NCBI GenBank assembly: GCA_965261395.1
Contig: OZ253462.1
Span: 2,784,001-2,848,000 of the forward strand
DNA from: Candidatus Latescibacterota bacterium
GTDB lineage: Bacteria; Latescibacterota; UBA2968; UBA8231
Length of the DNA stretch: 64,000 bases
Direction: 5' to 3'
The position numbers were made by a program, and so were the translations under genes. The notes under the pieces are model-generated. The model saw nothing but the letters and a program-made list of their open reading frames with translations, was not told the origin of the DNA and made no database searches. The stretch's first letter is position 1; the number at the start of each line of letters is the position of its first letter. Shown here one piece after another: positions 39,706 to 50,288 of the stretch.

Positions 39706-41337
39706 CTAAAAGAAATACCAATACATCGCGCCGTACACCACCAGCAACCCCACCGCTCCCAGCCAATAAACCCGATCCTGCTTACGGGTCGGCATCAGCG
39801 TCTCGTCGCCCCGCTCCAAGAGCACCGGTTTCTCGTCGCCAAACGCCAAGCTGAAGCCGAAAAGCAGCACGCTGGCCACGGCAAAAATGACGAAGGCCGC
39901 GTGTAGAAAGTGTATCTCCAAAAAGGCCAGTCCCAATCCCTCTTCTCCACAGACCAGTCGGTTGAGCAATGCCGAGTCGCTGACCAGCCACAGGAAGATG
40001 CCAAAGATGGAACCAGCGATCAGGGTCGCAAAGGCCCCTTTGCGCGTGGGCCGCTTCGACACCAGGCCCCATAGGAAACAAGCCACAATGGTGCCTGGTA
40101 TGTAGGAGGCGAACTTGGCCAGATACTCGTAGAGAAAGCGGAACTGCGGAATGACCACAATCGCCCACAACACCCCAATGACAACTATGACAGCAGATAG
40201 TATCCGCCCCGCCCACACCAAGCGCTGCTGAGTCGCCTCGGGCCGATAGGGCTGATACCAATCCATGGCAAACAAGCCCGAGGCCGCGCAGATCTCCGAG
40301 TCTAGCGAACTCATTAGCGCCGCGATCAGCCCGGCCAACACCAAACCCACCAAGCCAGTCGGCAGCAGGGTTTGCACCATTGCCGGATAGAGCTGATCCG
40401 GGCTGGAGACTTCGAGCAGCGGCTGCGGGCCCTGCGCCATGACATAGCCCATCAGCCCTGGAATCAGAATGATAAAGACCGCCACTACTTTCAGCAGCCC
40501 GGCCAGCAGCCCACCCATCCGCGCCTCGTGGACGCTGCGGGCCGCCAAGGCGCGCTGCACCATGACGTGGCTGGTCGCACCAAAGGCCAAAGCATGTATC
40601 GTCAGACCCAGCACCACGCCACTCCAAGGCACGTTGGGATGATCGAGCGGCTGCACCAGCGACAGCATGTCCCAATCGTCCGGCCCTTGTAACCCCTGCA
40701 TCCGCGCCTCAAAGACGTCCCAGCCCCCCAGATAGTCCAAGCCTATCCAGAGCATGGCCACGCCCCCGACAACCAACAGCAAGCACTGGACAAAGTCCGT
40801 CAAAATGACGGCGCGCAAACCGCCTACCATAGCGTACGGGCCGGCCGCCAGCGCCAAGATCAGCACCCCCGGCACAATCGACTCAAACCCGAACAGCACT
40901 TCCATCACCCGCCCGCCGGCGTACAGAGAACCGGGAATGCCGGCAAACGCAATGGTCACGAGGGTGAGTAATGAAAAGAAGCGGCGGCTTTCTGGACCGT
41001 AGCGCCGCTCCAAGAACTCCGGCGTGGTATATAGCCCCAGCCGCATGTACACCGGCAGGAAGACCGCCCCCATCGCCACGAAGGCCAACACTCCGGCTAG
41101 CTGGTAATTGGCGACCGCCAAACCAACGACAAAGGCCAAACCCGCTTGGCCGACGAACTGCTCGGCGGAAATGTTGGTGGCAAACATGGATGCGCCGACA
41201 AAGGGCCAGCGCATACTGCGTCCAGCGAGGAAGAAGTCGCTCGTGCCGCGGACGCGGCGGCTAGCCACAACCGCTATGGCGACGACCACGAGCAGGTAAG
41301 CCGCGATGATCGCACTGTCGAGCGCGGAAATGTTCAT
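39706..41337 (-). CDS. Sodium:solute symporter (SLC5/SSS)
   Basis: FFLAGRS, ATNIS, PEFLERRY, GGLRAVILTD, VQRAL, AALMSSLDS; many TM segments. Confidence 0.92.
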   Translation of the reverse strand: MNISALDSAIIAAYLLVVVAIAVVASRRVRGTSDFFLAGRSMRWPFVGASMFATNISAEQFVGQAGLAFVVGLAVANYQLAGVLAFVAMGAVFLPVYMRLGLYTTPEFLERRYGPESRRFFSLLTLVTIAFAGIPGSLYAGGRVMEVLFGFESIVPGVLILALAAGPYAMVGGLRAVILTDFVQCLLLVVGGVAMLWIGLDYLGGWDVFEARMQGLQGPDDWDMLSLVQPLDHPNVPWSGVVLGLTIHALAFGATSHVMVQRALAARSVHEARMGGLLAGLLKVVAVFIILIPGLMGYVMAQGPQPLLEVSSPDQLYPAMVQTLLPTGLVGLVLAGLIAALMSSLDSEICAASGLFAMDWYQPYRPEATQQRLVWAGRILSAVIVVIGVLWAIVVIPQFRFLYEYLAKFASYIPGTIVACFLWGLVSKRPTRKGAFATLIAGSIFGIFLWLVSDSALLNRLVCGEEGLGLAFLEIHFLHAAFVIFAVASVLLFGFSLAFGDEKPVLLERGDETLMPTRKQDRVYWLGAVGLLVVYGAMYWYFF

Positions 41338-41390
41338 TGGAACTCACCCACTGCCCTTGCAGCGAGTCCTAAAGGAGTGCCAAACAGCAA

Positions 41391-41422
41391 AGCGGTGTCG
41401 GCATGCTACTCCCGACACCGCT
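41391..41422. terminator. GC-rich hairpin between the secreted-protein gene and the SSS gene
   Basis: agcggtgtcgg-N10-ccgacaccgct; T-rich tail on the minus strand. Confidence 0.6.
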
Positions 41423-41450
41423 CGCGTTAGCAGTTTACAGTTTTCACACT

Positions 41451-42380
41451 TCAATCCAACTGGCCTTGCAAATGGCTCTTAATCCGCCCCCACGAGATGT
41501 CCTCCACAGCCGACGGCTCGTCGGTACCTAAGCCGATCCAATCGAGCATCTGGTCGCCCTTTTGGTCTTGCGCAGCGGCCGCTCCCAAGACTAGCACGTT
41601 GTGCCGGAACGGCGATGCCTCATCCGAGGCCACTGGCTCGCGATCGTTGAACTTGGGGCCGACGTGTATCACCTGATCTTCCTGGAACACGTGGCGCACG
41701 CTCTCCTCGGGCGTCGTTGCATAGGTATCCCACAGAGCGCAGCGGAACTCCATAGTCCACGTGACATTGGTCGATCCGTGCTCGGCCCCCGATGGCAGCA
41801 GGGTCCAGCCCACCTCAAACCAAGGCGTTGACTCGCCGTTGTACACATCGGAGCTCCAGCCGATCTCCGGCAGGTCGATGTATTCGAGCTGGCTGTTGTA
41901 CGCGACCGGCTGACCCGGCCCCGGATTGACGCGGAGGTGGTAGCGCTGGCCATTGAATACGTGGTCCAAGTTTTCGCCTAAGAAGTCGCCGCCCGAGTGA
42001 TCGGCATCAAACGTGATCTGGATGATGTCATCCGACCACCAGCGCTTCTGATCGGATTCGAGCAGCTTGAGCGTGTCGTCGGCCACCACAGCGTAGAAGT
42101 AGAACCGATTGTCCGGCGGCGCACTCCACGCCATCCAGAAGGCCGCGTTGAAATCCTCGCGCGAAATCTCTTCGCCCTGCTGGCCAAACATCTGATCCGT
42201 GGTGATGGCAAATTCCTCTTGGTCGAGCCAGCCCCAGTCGTCGTCATTGCCGTCCATGACCATAGAAGCTGGATCGGGCACCTGCGGATAAAAATACTCG
42301 GTCCCCACGTGCCCCCAAGCGATCGTGCTGACGAGGAGCACCAAGGCTCCTCCCAAAAGCATCTGTGCATGCGCTCTCAT
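41451..42380 (-). CDS. Secreted protein, CBM9/DOMON-like, with C-terminal AVExxSWGxIK tail
   Basis: Signal peptide; DGNDDDW, FYFYAVVADD, TFDADHSGG; ends SAVEDISWGRIK. Confidence 0.65.
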   Translation of the reverse strand: MRAHAQMLLGGALVLLVSTIAWGHVGTEYFYPQVPDPASMVMDGNDDDWGWLDQEEFAITTDQMFGQQGEEISREDFNAAFWMAWSAPPDNRFYFYAVVADDTLKLLESDQKRWWSDDIIQITFDADHSGGDFLGENLDHVFNGQRYHLRVNPGPGQPVAYNSQLEYIDLPEIGWSSDVYNGESTPWFEVGWTLLPSGAEHGSTNVTWTMEFRCALWDTYATTPEESVRHVFQEDQVIHVGPKFNDREPVASDEASPFRHNVLVLGAAAAQDQKGDQMLDWIGLGTDEPSAVEDISWGRIKSHLQGQLD

Positions 42381-42549
42381 GTAATTTTCCTCGTTTTAGA
42401 GTAAAAACGACTCGACAAAAAGCATGCTACTCGCCTGTTCTAAAGTTCCTCCTTTCTCGGCGCGCAATGGAAACGACGAGTAATATATATATAGCCCCGT
42501 AGATCGGACAACTACAGCTATAGCTCAATCCAATCACTTCCCCGTTACT

Positions 42550-45530
42550 TCACGCCGCGTTTTCGTAATACGGCGACGGCACCGTTGGATAGGCGCGGAA
42601 CACGTGCCGGAATATGTCGTCCGTCTTGGTTCCGACTTCGGCTTCCGAGTAATCGTCAGGCGGTAAGCCGGTTTCGTCGCTCCATAGGAAATTACGGATC
42701 GCAACACGGACGGCATCTCGGGTCGCCTCCTTGTCGCGCCACTGATTCACGCGCAGCTTCTCGGCCTTCAGCGTTTTCAGCAGTTCGACAGCCACTTGCT
42801 TGATCCGCTCGCGCTCCGACGCGCTCAGGTTCGCTTGAGCCCCTGCACGCCGGTGCGCCGGCGGTCACTGCGCCTGAACTCCTGCTTGAGCCGGACGAAG
42901 TCAATGCGGCTGATGTCGTAGAGGGGCCGATCAACCGCCATGTCCGACTGCACCGCGATCGCTTCACTGGCCACCTCGCTTAACGTGCGAAGGATGTCGC
43001 TGATGTCGGCCTGCTCCCGATCCCGCTGCAGGCTCTTATAAATGATGTCAATGGCGTCTCGGTCCGTGCGGTGGTCGTTGACGCCGGGTGCGTTGATGCA
43101 CGCCTTGAACTTCCTGAACACCTCGCGGCACATCACCTCAAAGCGCTGGCGGGTCTCGTCGTTCTCGTTGGCGACCTCTTTGCAGGAGACAATGGCGGCG
43201 TTGCGCGCGAAGCCGGTTTTGCCGATGACGTCGTCGAGCGGCGCTCCTCCCTTAACGAGAAAATCGCGCACCAGTGCAATCGCCTCGGCCAAATCGGCGA
43301 GCAGGTCCTCTTCCGGCTTGGCGGGATCGATTGCGCGGCCGTCACCGCCCGGTTCCGCGCCGGCAAATGTCGCCAGTGCTTGGCGCAGATGCTTGAGGAT
43401 GCCGCAGTAATCCACGATTAGCCCGTTGTTCTTGCCCTCGTTCACTCGGTTGGCGCGGGCGATGGCCTGCATCAGCGTGTGCGCCTTGAGCGGCTTGTCG
43501 AGGTAGAGCGTGGAGAGGCAGGGCACGTCAAAGCCGGTCAGCCACATGGCGCAGACAATGGCGATGCGAAACGGGTGCTCTGGCTCCTTGAAGGCATCGT
43601 CCAAGTCCATCCGCTGCTTGTTGCGGAACGATGGCTTGTCGCGCATGGACGCGGGCAGTTCCATGCCTACCTTGATAAGCCGGCGATGCGGTATAATATC
43701 CAAGTCCCACTTGCCGAACTTCTCTACCTCGCCCTGTTCCTCGCTCACCACAACGGCCATGCGCGTCTCGCGCATCCACGCGATCTGCTTTTTGGTCTGT
43801 TCGTCCTGCGTCTGTGCAAGCCCTGCTTCTAGCTCATTGGCGTACTCGTTCCAGTAAAACTCAATCAGCCGGTGCATCCGCACGCAGGTGATCTTGTCGA
43901 TGCAGACCAGCATGGCCTTGCCGGTCTCCCAAGCGGTCGAATAATGCCGCACGAAATCCCGCGCAATCTGATCGAGCCGCTCGCGAGCGATGATGACGTG
44001 GTAGCCTTGGGCTAGTGCCTTCTCCAAGCGCTGCTGCACGTCGATATCGTCGATTTCAAGCTCCTCCAACTTCGCGGCGATGCGCTCGTTCAGGTCGCCG
44101 ATGGCCACGTTCAGTTTGTCGCCGCGGGCGTCGTAGTAAAGCGGCACAGTGGCCTCGTCTTCTACGGCGCGCTGGAAGTCGTAGGTGGAGACGTACTCGC
44201 CAAAGACCCGCCGCGTGAGTTCGTCGTCCTTGAACAGCGGCGTACCAGTGAAGCCGATATAGCTGGCATTGGGCAAGGCGTTGCGCATGTTGATCGCTAG
44301 CGTGCCGTACTGCGTGCGATGCGCTTCGTCGGTGATGACGATGACGTCGTCGCGCTGGGTGTACGCCGCGCTGGGGTTCACGTTGAACTTCTGGATCAGC
44401 GAAAAGACGTACGCCTTGTGCTCGGCCAAGAGCCGACTCAGGTGTCGTCCGTCGGACGCCCGGCAGGGGTCGCGGTCGTGGTTCACTACGTCGCAGCCGG
44501 CGAAGGTCTTGTAGATTTGGCTGTCGAGGTCGTCGCGGTCGGTCAGCACCAGAAAAGTAAAATTGCCGCCTAGCTTGCGGTGTACCTTGCGGGTAAACAT
44601 CACCATGGAGTAGCTCTTGCCCGCGCCCTGCGTGTGCCAGAAGACGCCGAGTTTGCCATCCCGCGTTTTGCGCTTGTGCACGGCTTCGACGGCGCGGTTC
44701 ACGCCCAAAAACTGGTGGTTGCGGGCGAGGATTTTCCTCGTCGCGCCGAACGACTCATCGAAGAGGATGAAGTTCTCCACGAAATCCATGAAGTTGCGCT
44801 TGTCGCAGACACCCTTGAGCAGCGTTTCCATATCCACCACGCCCGGTTCCTCTTCTTCCAGCCGCTTCCACTCGTGGAAATGCTCCCATTGGCTGGTGAT
44901 GGAGCCGATCTTCGCCTGTTCGCCGTTGCCGAACATCACTATTGCGTTGTGGTGGAAGAGATGGGGGATGGTGGTCTTGTAATCCGAGAAGTTTTGCTCA
45001 AAAGCGGCCTTGAGGTTGCGGTGGATGTTCTTGCACTCGATGAACAGCAAGGGCAGGCCGTTGACGAAGCCCACGATGTCGGCTCGCCGGCGGTAGAGGT
45101 CGCCGCGCACCCACAGCTCACGCACGCAGAGGAAATGGTTGTTCTCCGGCGTCTCGAAGTCGAAGACCTTCAGCCGCTGCCGCACCCGCTCGCCCTTATC
45201 GTTGCGGAAGGCGACTTGCACACCGTCGCGCAGCAGGTCGTACTGCTCGCGGTTGGCAGCGACGAGGGTCTGCGAAGCGGCGGTGGCGGTAATCTGCTGC
45301 ACGGCAGCGTCATAAGCGGCGTCCGGCAGACCTGGATTTAGCGAGCGCAGCGCGGCGTACAGATAGCGCGTCAGCACGACCTCGCGGTCGGAGGCGCGGC
45401 CCAGCAGGCTGTTCGGGCCAAAATCTTCACTGTTGTAGGCGTAGATGGATTCCCAGCCGAGTTGTTGCTCTAGGTAATCGGCAGTGGTCTGCTGGACGAG
45501 GGTGTCTTCGGTGTAGGGCGTGGGAGTCAT
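42550..45530 (-). pseudogene. hsdR: Type I restriction endonuclease subunit R with a C-terminal frameshift/deletion near 42830
   Basis: DIVGFVNGLPL..ECK, WHTQGAGKS, DEAHR, GFTGTP, MWLTGFD, QAIARANR; the tail NLSASERERIKQVAVELL...W lies in another frame. Confidence 0.85.
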
Positions 45531-45581
45531 TGGGTCTAATCCACACCGAGGTATCAATCGCTATCCGAGACGATCTGCGGA

Positions 45582-46379
45582 TTACAAAGCGACTTGATAA
45601 CGTCTTGGATCATCGACATTTGGATCAACCGCGATGCGGTCAGAGACCAAAGGCTTGAACTCCTTGCCGCTCATCGGCTTGTGCTTCTTCCAGCGGCCAC
45701 GCATTTCAATCAAAACGCGCTGCCTTGACGGTGCTGGCATAGGATTAACACGCACCACTTTCGCGTTGTAGTCATTGGGGCCTTCGGTCATCGCCATGGC
45801 CAAATCGCTCACGAGATAGCGCGGCGTCCAGCCGATCATATAGTAGTCCGTCGTCTGGATTTGTACGGCCAGCTTGGTCGCCGGATGGGTCAATTCGAGG
45901 GTTACGTACAGTTCCTCTTCTGGTTTCAGTTCATCAATCCGCTCTTGAGCCTCTTTACTTGCATGTTGCCAACTGTGCAGGAAGAAGCGACAGGTAAAAT
46001 AGCCGTCGGCATCCTTTTCGAGTTTCGGGAATACCTCATAGGAATCCGTGACGCGAGTGCCGCCATTGACCGATAGAATCTCGAAAGGGGTCGCATTCTC
46101 AGGAAGATCGAGATTGCTCAGATAGGCCATGCGGTCCGGCCTTCCCTGTGCAATGACGCGATTCCTGAACAACGCAAACAACTCTGAGGAGCGGTAATCT
46201 CCATACAACTCAGGGAAATCAATAAATGGAATATACCCAGCTAGTTTCGCGCCGACGATGTAGCGAAAGCGATAAAGCTCCGGCTCGATGATATCCAGCC
46301 TACCCACCGGAAACCATGGGTGGCTCTTCTTTCTTTTGTCCTGATCCTGCCATGCCAAGAACAAGGTCTTCGTGCTCAT
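45582..46379 (-). CDS. HIRAN-domain protein (family usually paired with HipA-like kinases)
   Basis: LFLAWQD..WFPVGRL, SSELFALFRNRV..RPD, GGTRVTDSYEV, IGWTPRYL. Confidence 0.7.
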   Translation of the reverse strand: MSTKTLFLAWQDQDKRKKSHPWFPVGRLDIIEPELYRFRYIVGAKLAGYIPFIDFPELYGDYRSSELFALFRNRVIAQGRPDRMAYLSNLDLPENATPFEILSVNGGTRVTDSYEVFPKLEKDADGYFTCRFFLHSWQHASKEAQERIDELKPEEELYVTLELTHPATKLAVQIQTTDYYMIGWTPRYLVSDLAMAMTEGPNDYNAKVVRVNPMPAPSRQRVLIEMRGRWKKHKPMSGKEFKPLVSDRIAVDPNVDDPRRYQVAL

Positions 46380-46406
46380 CAGACAATCTCCTTCAACTGT
46401 TCATAA

Positions 46407-47140
46407 TTATAGTATAAACGCTTGGCCCTTGTCCGTCAGCCGATACTGCTGAAGGCGACTATTCGGCTTTTCTGGAATCGTGTATTCGATAGCTCCATCG
46501 CTTAGCAAGGCGCGGATAACCTTGTTGAGCTGGCCGGACACAGCTTTTTGCCCCAAGCCCCTGACTATATCCGATTTCGTCATGGGTCCTTTTTGCAACT
46601 GAGTAAGCACACGCTGTTCCAGTGACTCTGGCTGCGACTCTGGCTGCGACTCTGGCTGGTACTGCCTCAGCCCCTCCTTAGTCCCGATTTGGTCTCCTAC
46701 TTCTGCGGTCGGCCTGAAAAAGGTCGTCGTCACCCAGTGCTCGGACACGTCGATTACCGGCTCTGCTACCCCGTGCTCTCGGCAAAGCTCGCGAATGCGC
46801 CGAATGCCGGAACCGATCTGCTCTACCACGTCCATTCGGTATAACATGCCGAACAGCAGCGGATTGCGCGGGACGCTCTTGGTGCCCAGAGCTGCTCCGG
46901 CATGGGTCATACGATCTTGTACATCGACTAGGCCGAGGTTTCGGAGGGCCACGAGCCGATCCATCGCCTCTGGAATTTTGGCGCGTTCACTAAACCGCGC
47001 CCAAGTCTCGTCATCAAGGTCTTTTTCCATGGAGAAAACTTCACAGGGCTTCTTGTCGAAATGAAGGCGTCCAACCGCGTAGAATAGGTTTTCCACTTCC
47101 GCATTCGACATTTGCTGACTGCTCGCCCCGTCGCGTATGA
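46407..47140 (-). pseudogene. Truncated, internally deleted AlbA_2/RecG-C (HATPase_c_4)-wHTH protein
   Basis: FIRDGASSQQM (AlbA end) joined to PRNPLL..EQIGSGIRRI and IEYTIPEKPNSRLQQYRLT; lacks the N-terminus and the REALxNA core. Confidence 0.7.
46624..46658 (-). repeat. 12-bp tandem repeat x3 (QPES linker)
   Basis: gactctggctgc repeated. Confidence 0.85.
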
Positions 47141-47145
47141 AGGAA

Positions 47146-47547
47146 TCAGCGGACCCAGTTTTCCAGCATGAGCCCGGGAACTTTTTCAAACTCTTTTACA
47201 TTATTGCTCACCAAAACCAGCCCGTACGCACGCGCCTGACCCGCGATCATCATATCGTAGGGGCCAATCGGAGCACCAACGCGATACAGTTCTGCACGGA
47301 TTCGACCAAAATGGCTGGCTGCAACTTGGTCAAACGGCATGATCTCAAGCCTAGTGCCCAGCGATTCAATATCCGCCAGATTGCGCTCGGGCTGGGCGGA
47401 GCGTTCAACGCCATAGACAAGTTCGCCCCAAGTTACGGAAGAAATCGCCATCTGACCTTGCGACCGATTGAATTTTTGTCGCAGCGATTGGGGGCGGTTC
47501 TTGATGGCATAAATCACCACATTGGTATCTAGCAGATACCTGAGCAT
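47146..47547 (-). CDS. vapC: VapC PIN-domain toxin (enteric tRNA-fMet endonuclease type)
   Basis: YLLDTNVVIY, ISSVTWGEL, PIGPYDMMIAG, VSNNVKEF..VPGL..ENW. Confidence 0.92.
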   Translation of the reverse strand: MLRYLLDTNVVIYAIKNRPQSLRQKFNRSQGQMAISSVTWGELVYGVERSAQPERNLADIESLGTRLEIMPFDQVAASHFGRIRAELYRVGAPIGPYDMMIAGQARAYGLVLVSNNVKEFEKVPGLMLENWVR

Positions 47548-47783
47548 CACAGTTTTTCCCGACGTGCATCGGCCGGCTGTTCCCGTACCGACATAAAATC
47601 ATCCGAAACACCGGGTCCGTTGAACCACTCATCCCAACTCTCGCCAGCAGGTGTGATAACGCGCTTTGATCCTATCGCGACGATATCGACCTCGCGCACT
47701 GATTCCGGCAGTTCAACGGCCTTGGGCAGCCGCACCGCTTGGCTCTTGTTGCTCATAAAAACTTTCGTGTGTGCTGTTGCCAC
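47547..47783 (-). CDS. vapB: VapB AbrB-type antitoxin
   Basis: TKVFMSNKSQAVRLPK...SWDEWF..VSDDFM..REQP; TGATG coupling to vapC; GAGG RBS before GTG. Confidence 0.9.
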   Translation of the reverse strand: MATAHTKVFMSNKSQAVRLPKAVELPESVREVDIVAIGSKRVITPAGESWDEWFNGPGVSDDFMSVREQPADARREKL

Positions 47784-47806
47784 GCTATGACCTCGCTTCA
47801 ATTTAA

Positions 47807-47833
47807 TTTGGATATACAATAAGCATATACAAA
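47807..47833. promoter_or_regulatory. Probable vapBC operator (imperfect inverted repeat)
   Basis: tttggatatac-aataa-gcatatacaaa just upstream of vapB; 9 of 11 positions are complementary. Confidence 0.55.
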
Positions 47834-47940
47834 AGTGGTGAAGGCGCAAATATCCCGCCCGAGGTCGGAGGGCATGGCCTGTTTGAACTCGGTGGTGAAG
47901 CCTTAGCTGAGGGCGAGGAGGGCGGAGAGGGCTTGGGGGT

Positions 47941-49185
47941 TCATATTGTTATTTTGCCGTTCATCAGGCGCGGGAGAAGCAGGTCACGGGTTTGCGACAG
48001 GGATCTCATCTCTTTTTCTAGGGTATACATAAATCTGTATATCGACTCGGTCCTATTCTGGAAGAGTCTCAGTATCTGGTCTGACGGAACAAGTACAATA
48101 GCACGTTCAAAATCATCAGCTCTTACCGCTGGATAACCCGCTCCCGTAGCATGGTTCGCCAAATGGCCAACGAATTCATCGGTAGTGACGAGTAGATATA
48201 GATAGGTGAACGGGAAGGATACAGGCGAAAGGACAGTGAAGCCTGTTGAAAAAACGTCATTTTCTTCTGGATTGAGAACAAGCGCATATGCTCGCAAGTT
48301 CGGGCGAACATTCGACCATATTGTGTCGCCGGATTTGGCTTTTCTACGGGCACGCCCTGGGGCTTCAACAGATGACATTAGATTCTTTGCAACTATTCGA
48401 CCTAACTTGACTGATGATATATCAGTGTAATTAATATAATCCGGCAATTCGCCTGCCTTGTAGCTCTCAGCATTTGTTTCGACAATTTCACCCAGCGGCT
48501 TCCTCTCCCAACCCTCCGGCACACCGTCCTTGATCTTGACGTGCTCATGGCCAAGGAAGCGGAGGTGAACGAACCACTCCTTGTAGAGCAGCCGCGCCGC
48601 CTGCTCCAGCAACCGAATCCGCCGCCGATTATTCTCGATCAGGTCGTCGTAGGCGGAAACAACACCGATAATCCGTTCCTGGTGCTCCCTTGGGGGTAGG
48701 ACAACTGGCACCGACGCAAGAATCCTTTGGTTCAGATTCGGCATCGTCGCACCAATTGCATGCTGCGTCAAGTACGATCGTGTCTCATGGAGACCCAAGA
48801 ACCGAACCAGATAGCTGTTGTCACATTGAGGATGATTTAATCGTAGTAGCAAACATCCGGTGCCACACAGCCAACCGTCTTCCTTACCTGTTATGTACGC
48901 ACGACGTGTTACGTCACCACGCCGACTAAAAACAATGTCACCCACACGCATTACATGTCGGATCAGCCTGTCGCGATCTTGTCCATTAATTTGGGATATC
49001 CCGTATTCGCTGATCTCATTGTCACCAAGCTGTTGAGGCATGACAATGGGAATACCGTTCTCTACATAATCGTGAGCATGCAGTTGACTTCCAAAAGGGC
49101 CTGTTTGAATAAACCCTTCGCCGCTCTCGACTAGATCACCAAGGGTTGTTTGCAGGCTGCCTATAATCACTCCCCATTCTCCCAC
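47941..49185 (-). CDS. hsdS: Type I RM specificity subunit
   Basis: QTGPFGSQL, LPPREHQERI, DLIENNRRRI..LE, VPEGWE, TRDLLLPRLMNG; two TRDs. Confidence 0.92.
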   Translation of the reverse strand: MGEWGVIIGSLQTTLGDLVESGEGFIQTGPFGSQLHAHDYVENGIPIVMPQQLGDNEISEYGISQINGQDRDRLIRHVMRVGDIVFSRRGDVTRRAYITGKEDGWLCGTGCLLLRLNHPQCDNSYLVRFLGLHETRSYLTQHAIGATMPNLNQRILASVPVVLPPREHQERIIGVVSAYDDLIENNRRRIRLLEQAARLLYKEWFVHLRFLGHEHVKIKDGVPEGWERKPLGEIVETNAESYKAGELPDYINYTDISSVKLGRIVAKNLMSSVEAPGRARRKAKSGDTIWSNVRPNLRAYALVLNPEENDVFSTGFTVLSPVSFPFTYLYLLVTTDEFVGHLANHATGAGYPAVRADDFERAIVLVPSDQILRLFQNRTESIYRFMYTLEKEMRSLSQTRDLLLPRLMNGKITI

Positions 49186-50288
49186 CCCGACAACTCAGCC
49201 TCAATCTCTTCAACAGTAGGCAAACTACCTTTGAGGTCATCCGGCAACGAATCAACCAGCGTGGTCTCCCACTGCGCGACGCCCATCGGTTTCTCAAAAC
49301 CGCGCAGGGCATATTCGACCACCGTCCGATCCTTGCCCTTGCACAGCAGCAGCCCAATGGTCGGCGCGTCGTCCGGGTGGCGCATGAGATCGTCCACGGC
49401 GGACAAATACAGGTTCATCTGGCCGACAAAGGCCGGATCGAACGGCACGGCCTTGAGTTCCACGACGACAAAGCAACGGAGCTTGAGGTGGTAAAACAGC
49501 AAATCCGCGTAGAAATCCCGGTCGCCGACTTCCAAGAGCACCTGCCGACCAACAAAGGCGAACCCCGACCCCATTTCCAGCAGGAAACTCTGTATATGAT
49601 CCACGAGAGCCCGCTCCAACTCCCGTTCCACCCTCGGTGCCGCCGTGCCGAGAAAATCGAACAGATACGGGTCCTTGAACACTTGGGTCGCCATGTCGGA
49701 ATCGGCCGGTGGCAGCGTCCGAGGGAAGTTGGTGACGGCCCTGCCCTCGCGCTCGTGTAGCTTGGTCTCGATTTGTGTCAGGAGTACGCTTCTACTCCAT
49801 CCCTCCTGCCGGGTCTTTTCGGCGTACCATAGACGGGCGTGGCTGTCGGAGATCTTGTCCATGAGGACGACGTTCTGCCCCCACGGAATTTGGGCAACAA
49901 CCTGTTGCACAATTTCGCGGTCGGGCCAAACGGAGGCGAAAGTACGCATGTACTTGAGGTTGCGCGGAGAGAAACCCCGCAGGTCCGGGAACGCCTCCCG
50001 CAGGTTGTGCGAAAGCCGATCGATAGTTTTGGCCCCCCAGCCTTCCTGCTCTTGGCGACCGAGGATCGCTTTGCCGATATCCCAGTACAGCAACACCATC
50101 GCCTCGTTAGCAGCCGATACCACGCGCAACCGCTCCGAGCAGATGCGTTCCTTGATCTGCCCGAGCAGGACAGTATAGTCGGCGGGCAACTCGCCCTTTC
50201 CCGCGGGCGCGGGAAACGACGCCCCTTTTCGCTGTCGGCCAATGGACTTCCGGCCAGAATTCTCGGCACCTGATCGGTTCTTCGTCAT
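49167..50288 (-). CDS. yhcG: YhcG/DUF1016 PD-(D/E)xK nuclease family protein
   Basis: LYWDIG, GFSPRNLKYMR, KDPYLFDFL, FLLEMGSGFAFVGRQ, DLLFYH..VELK. Confidence 0.92.
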   Translation of the reverse strand: MTKNRSGAENSGRKSIGRQRKGASFPAPAGKGELPADYTVLLGQIKERICSERLRVVSAANEAMVLLYWDIGKAILGRQEQEGWGAKTIDRLSHNLREAFPDLRGFSPRNLKYMRTFASVWPDREIVQQVVAQIPWGQNVVLMDKISDSHARLWYAEKTRQEGWSRSVLLTQIETKLHEREGRAVTNFPRTLPPADSDMATQVFKDPYLFDFLGTAAPRVERELERALVDHIQSFLLEMGSGFAFVGRQVLLEVGDRDFYADLLFYHLKLRCFVVVELKAVPFDPAFVGQMNLYLSAVDDLMRHPDDAPTIGLLLCKGKDRTVVEYALRGFEKPMGVAQWETTLVDSLPDDLKGSLPTVEEIEAELSGWENGE

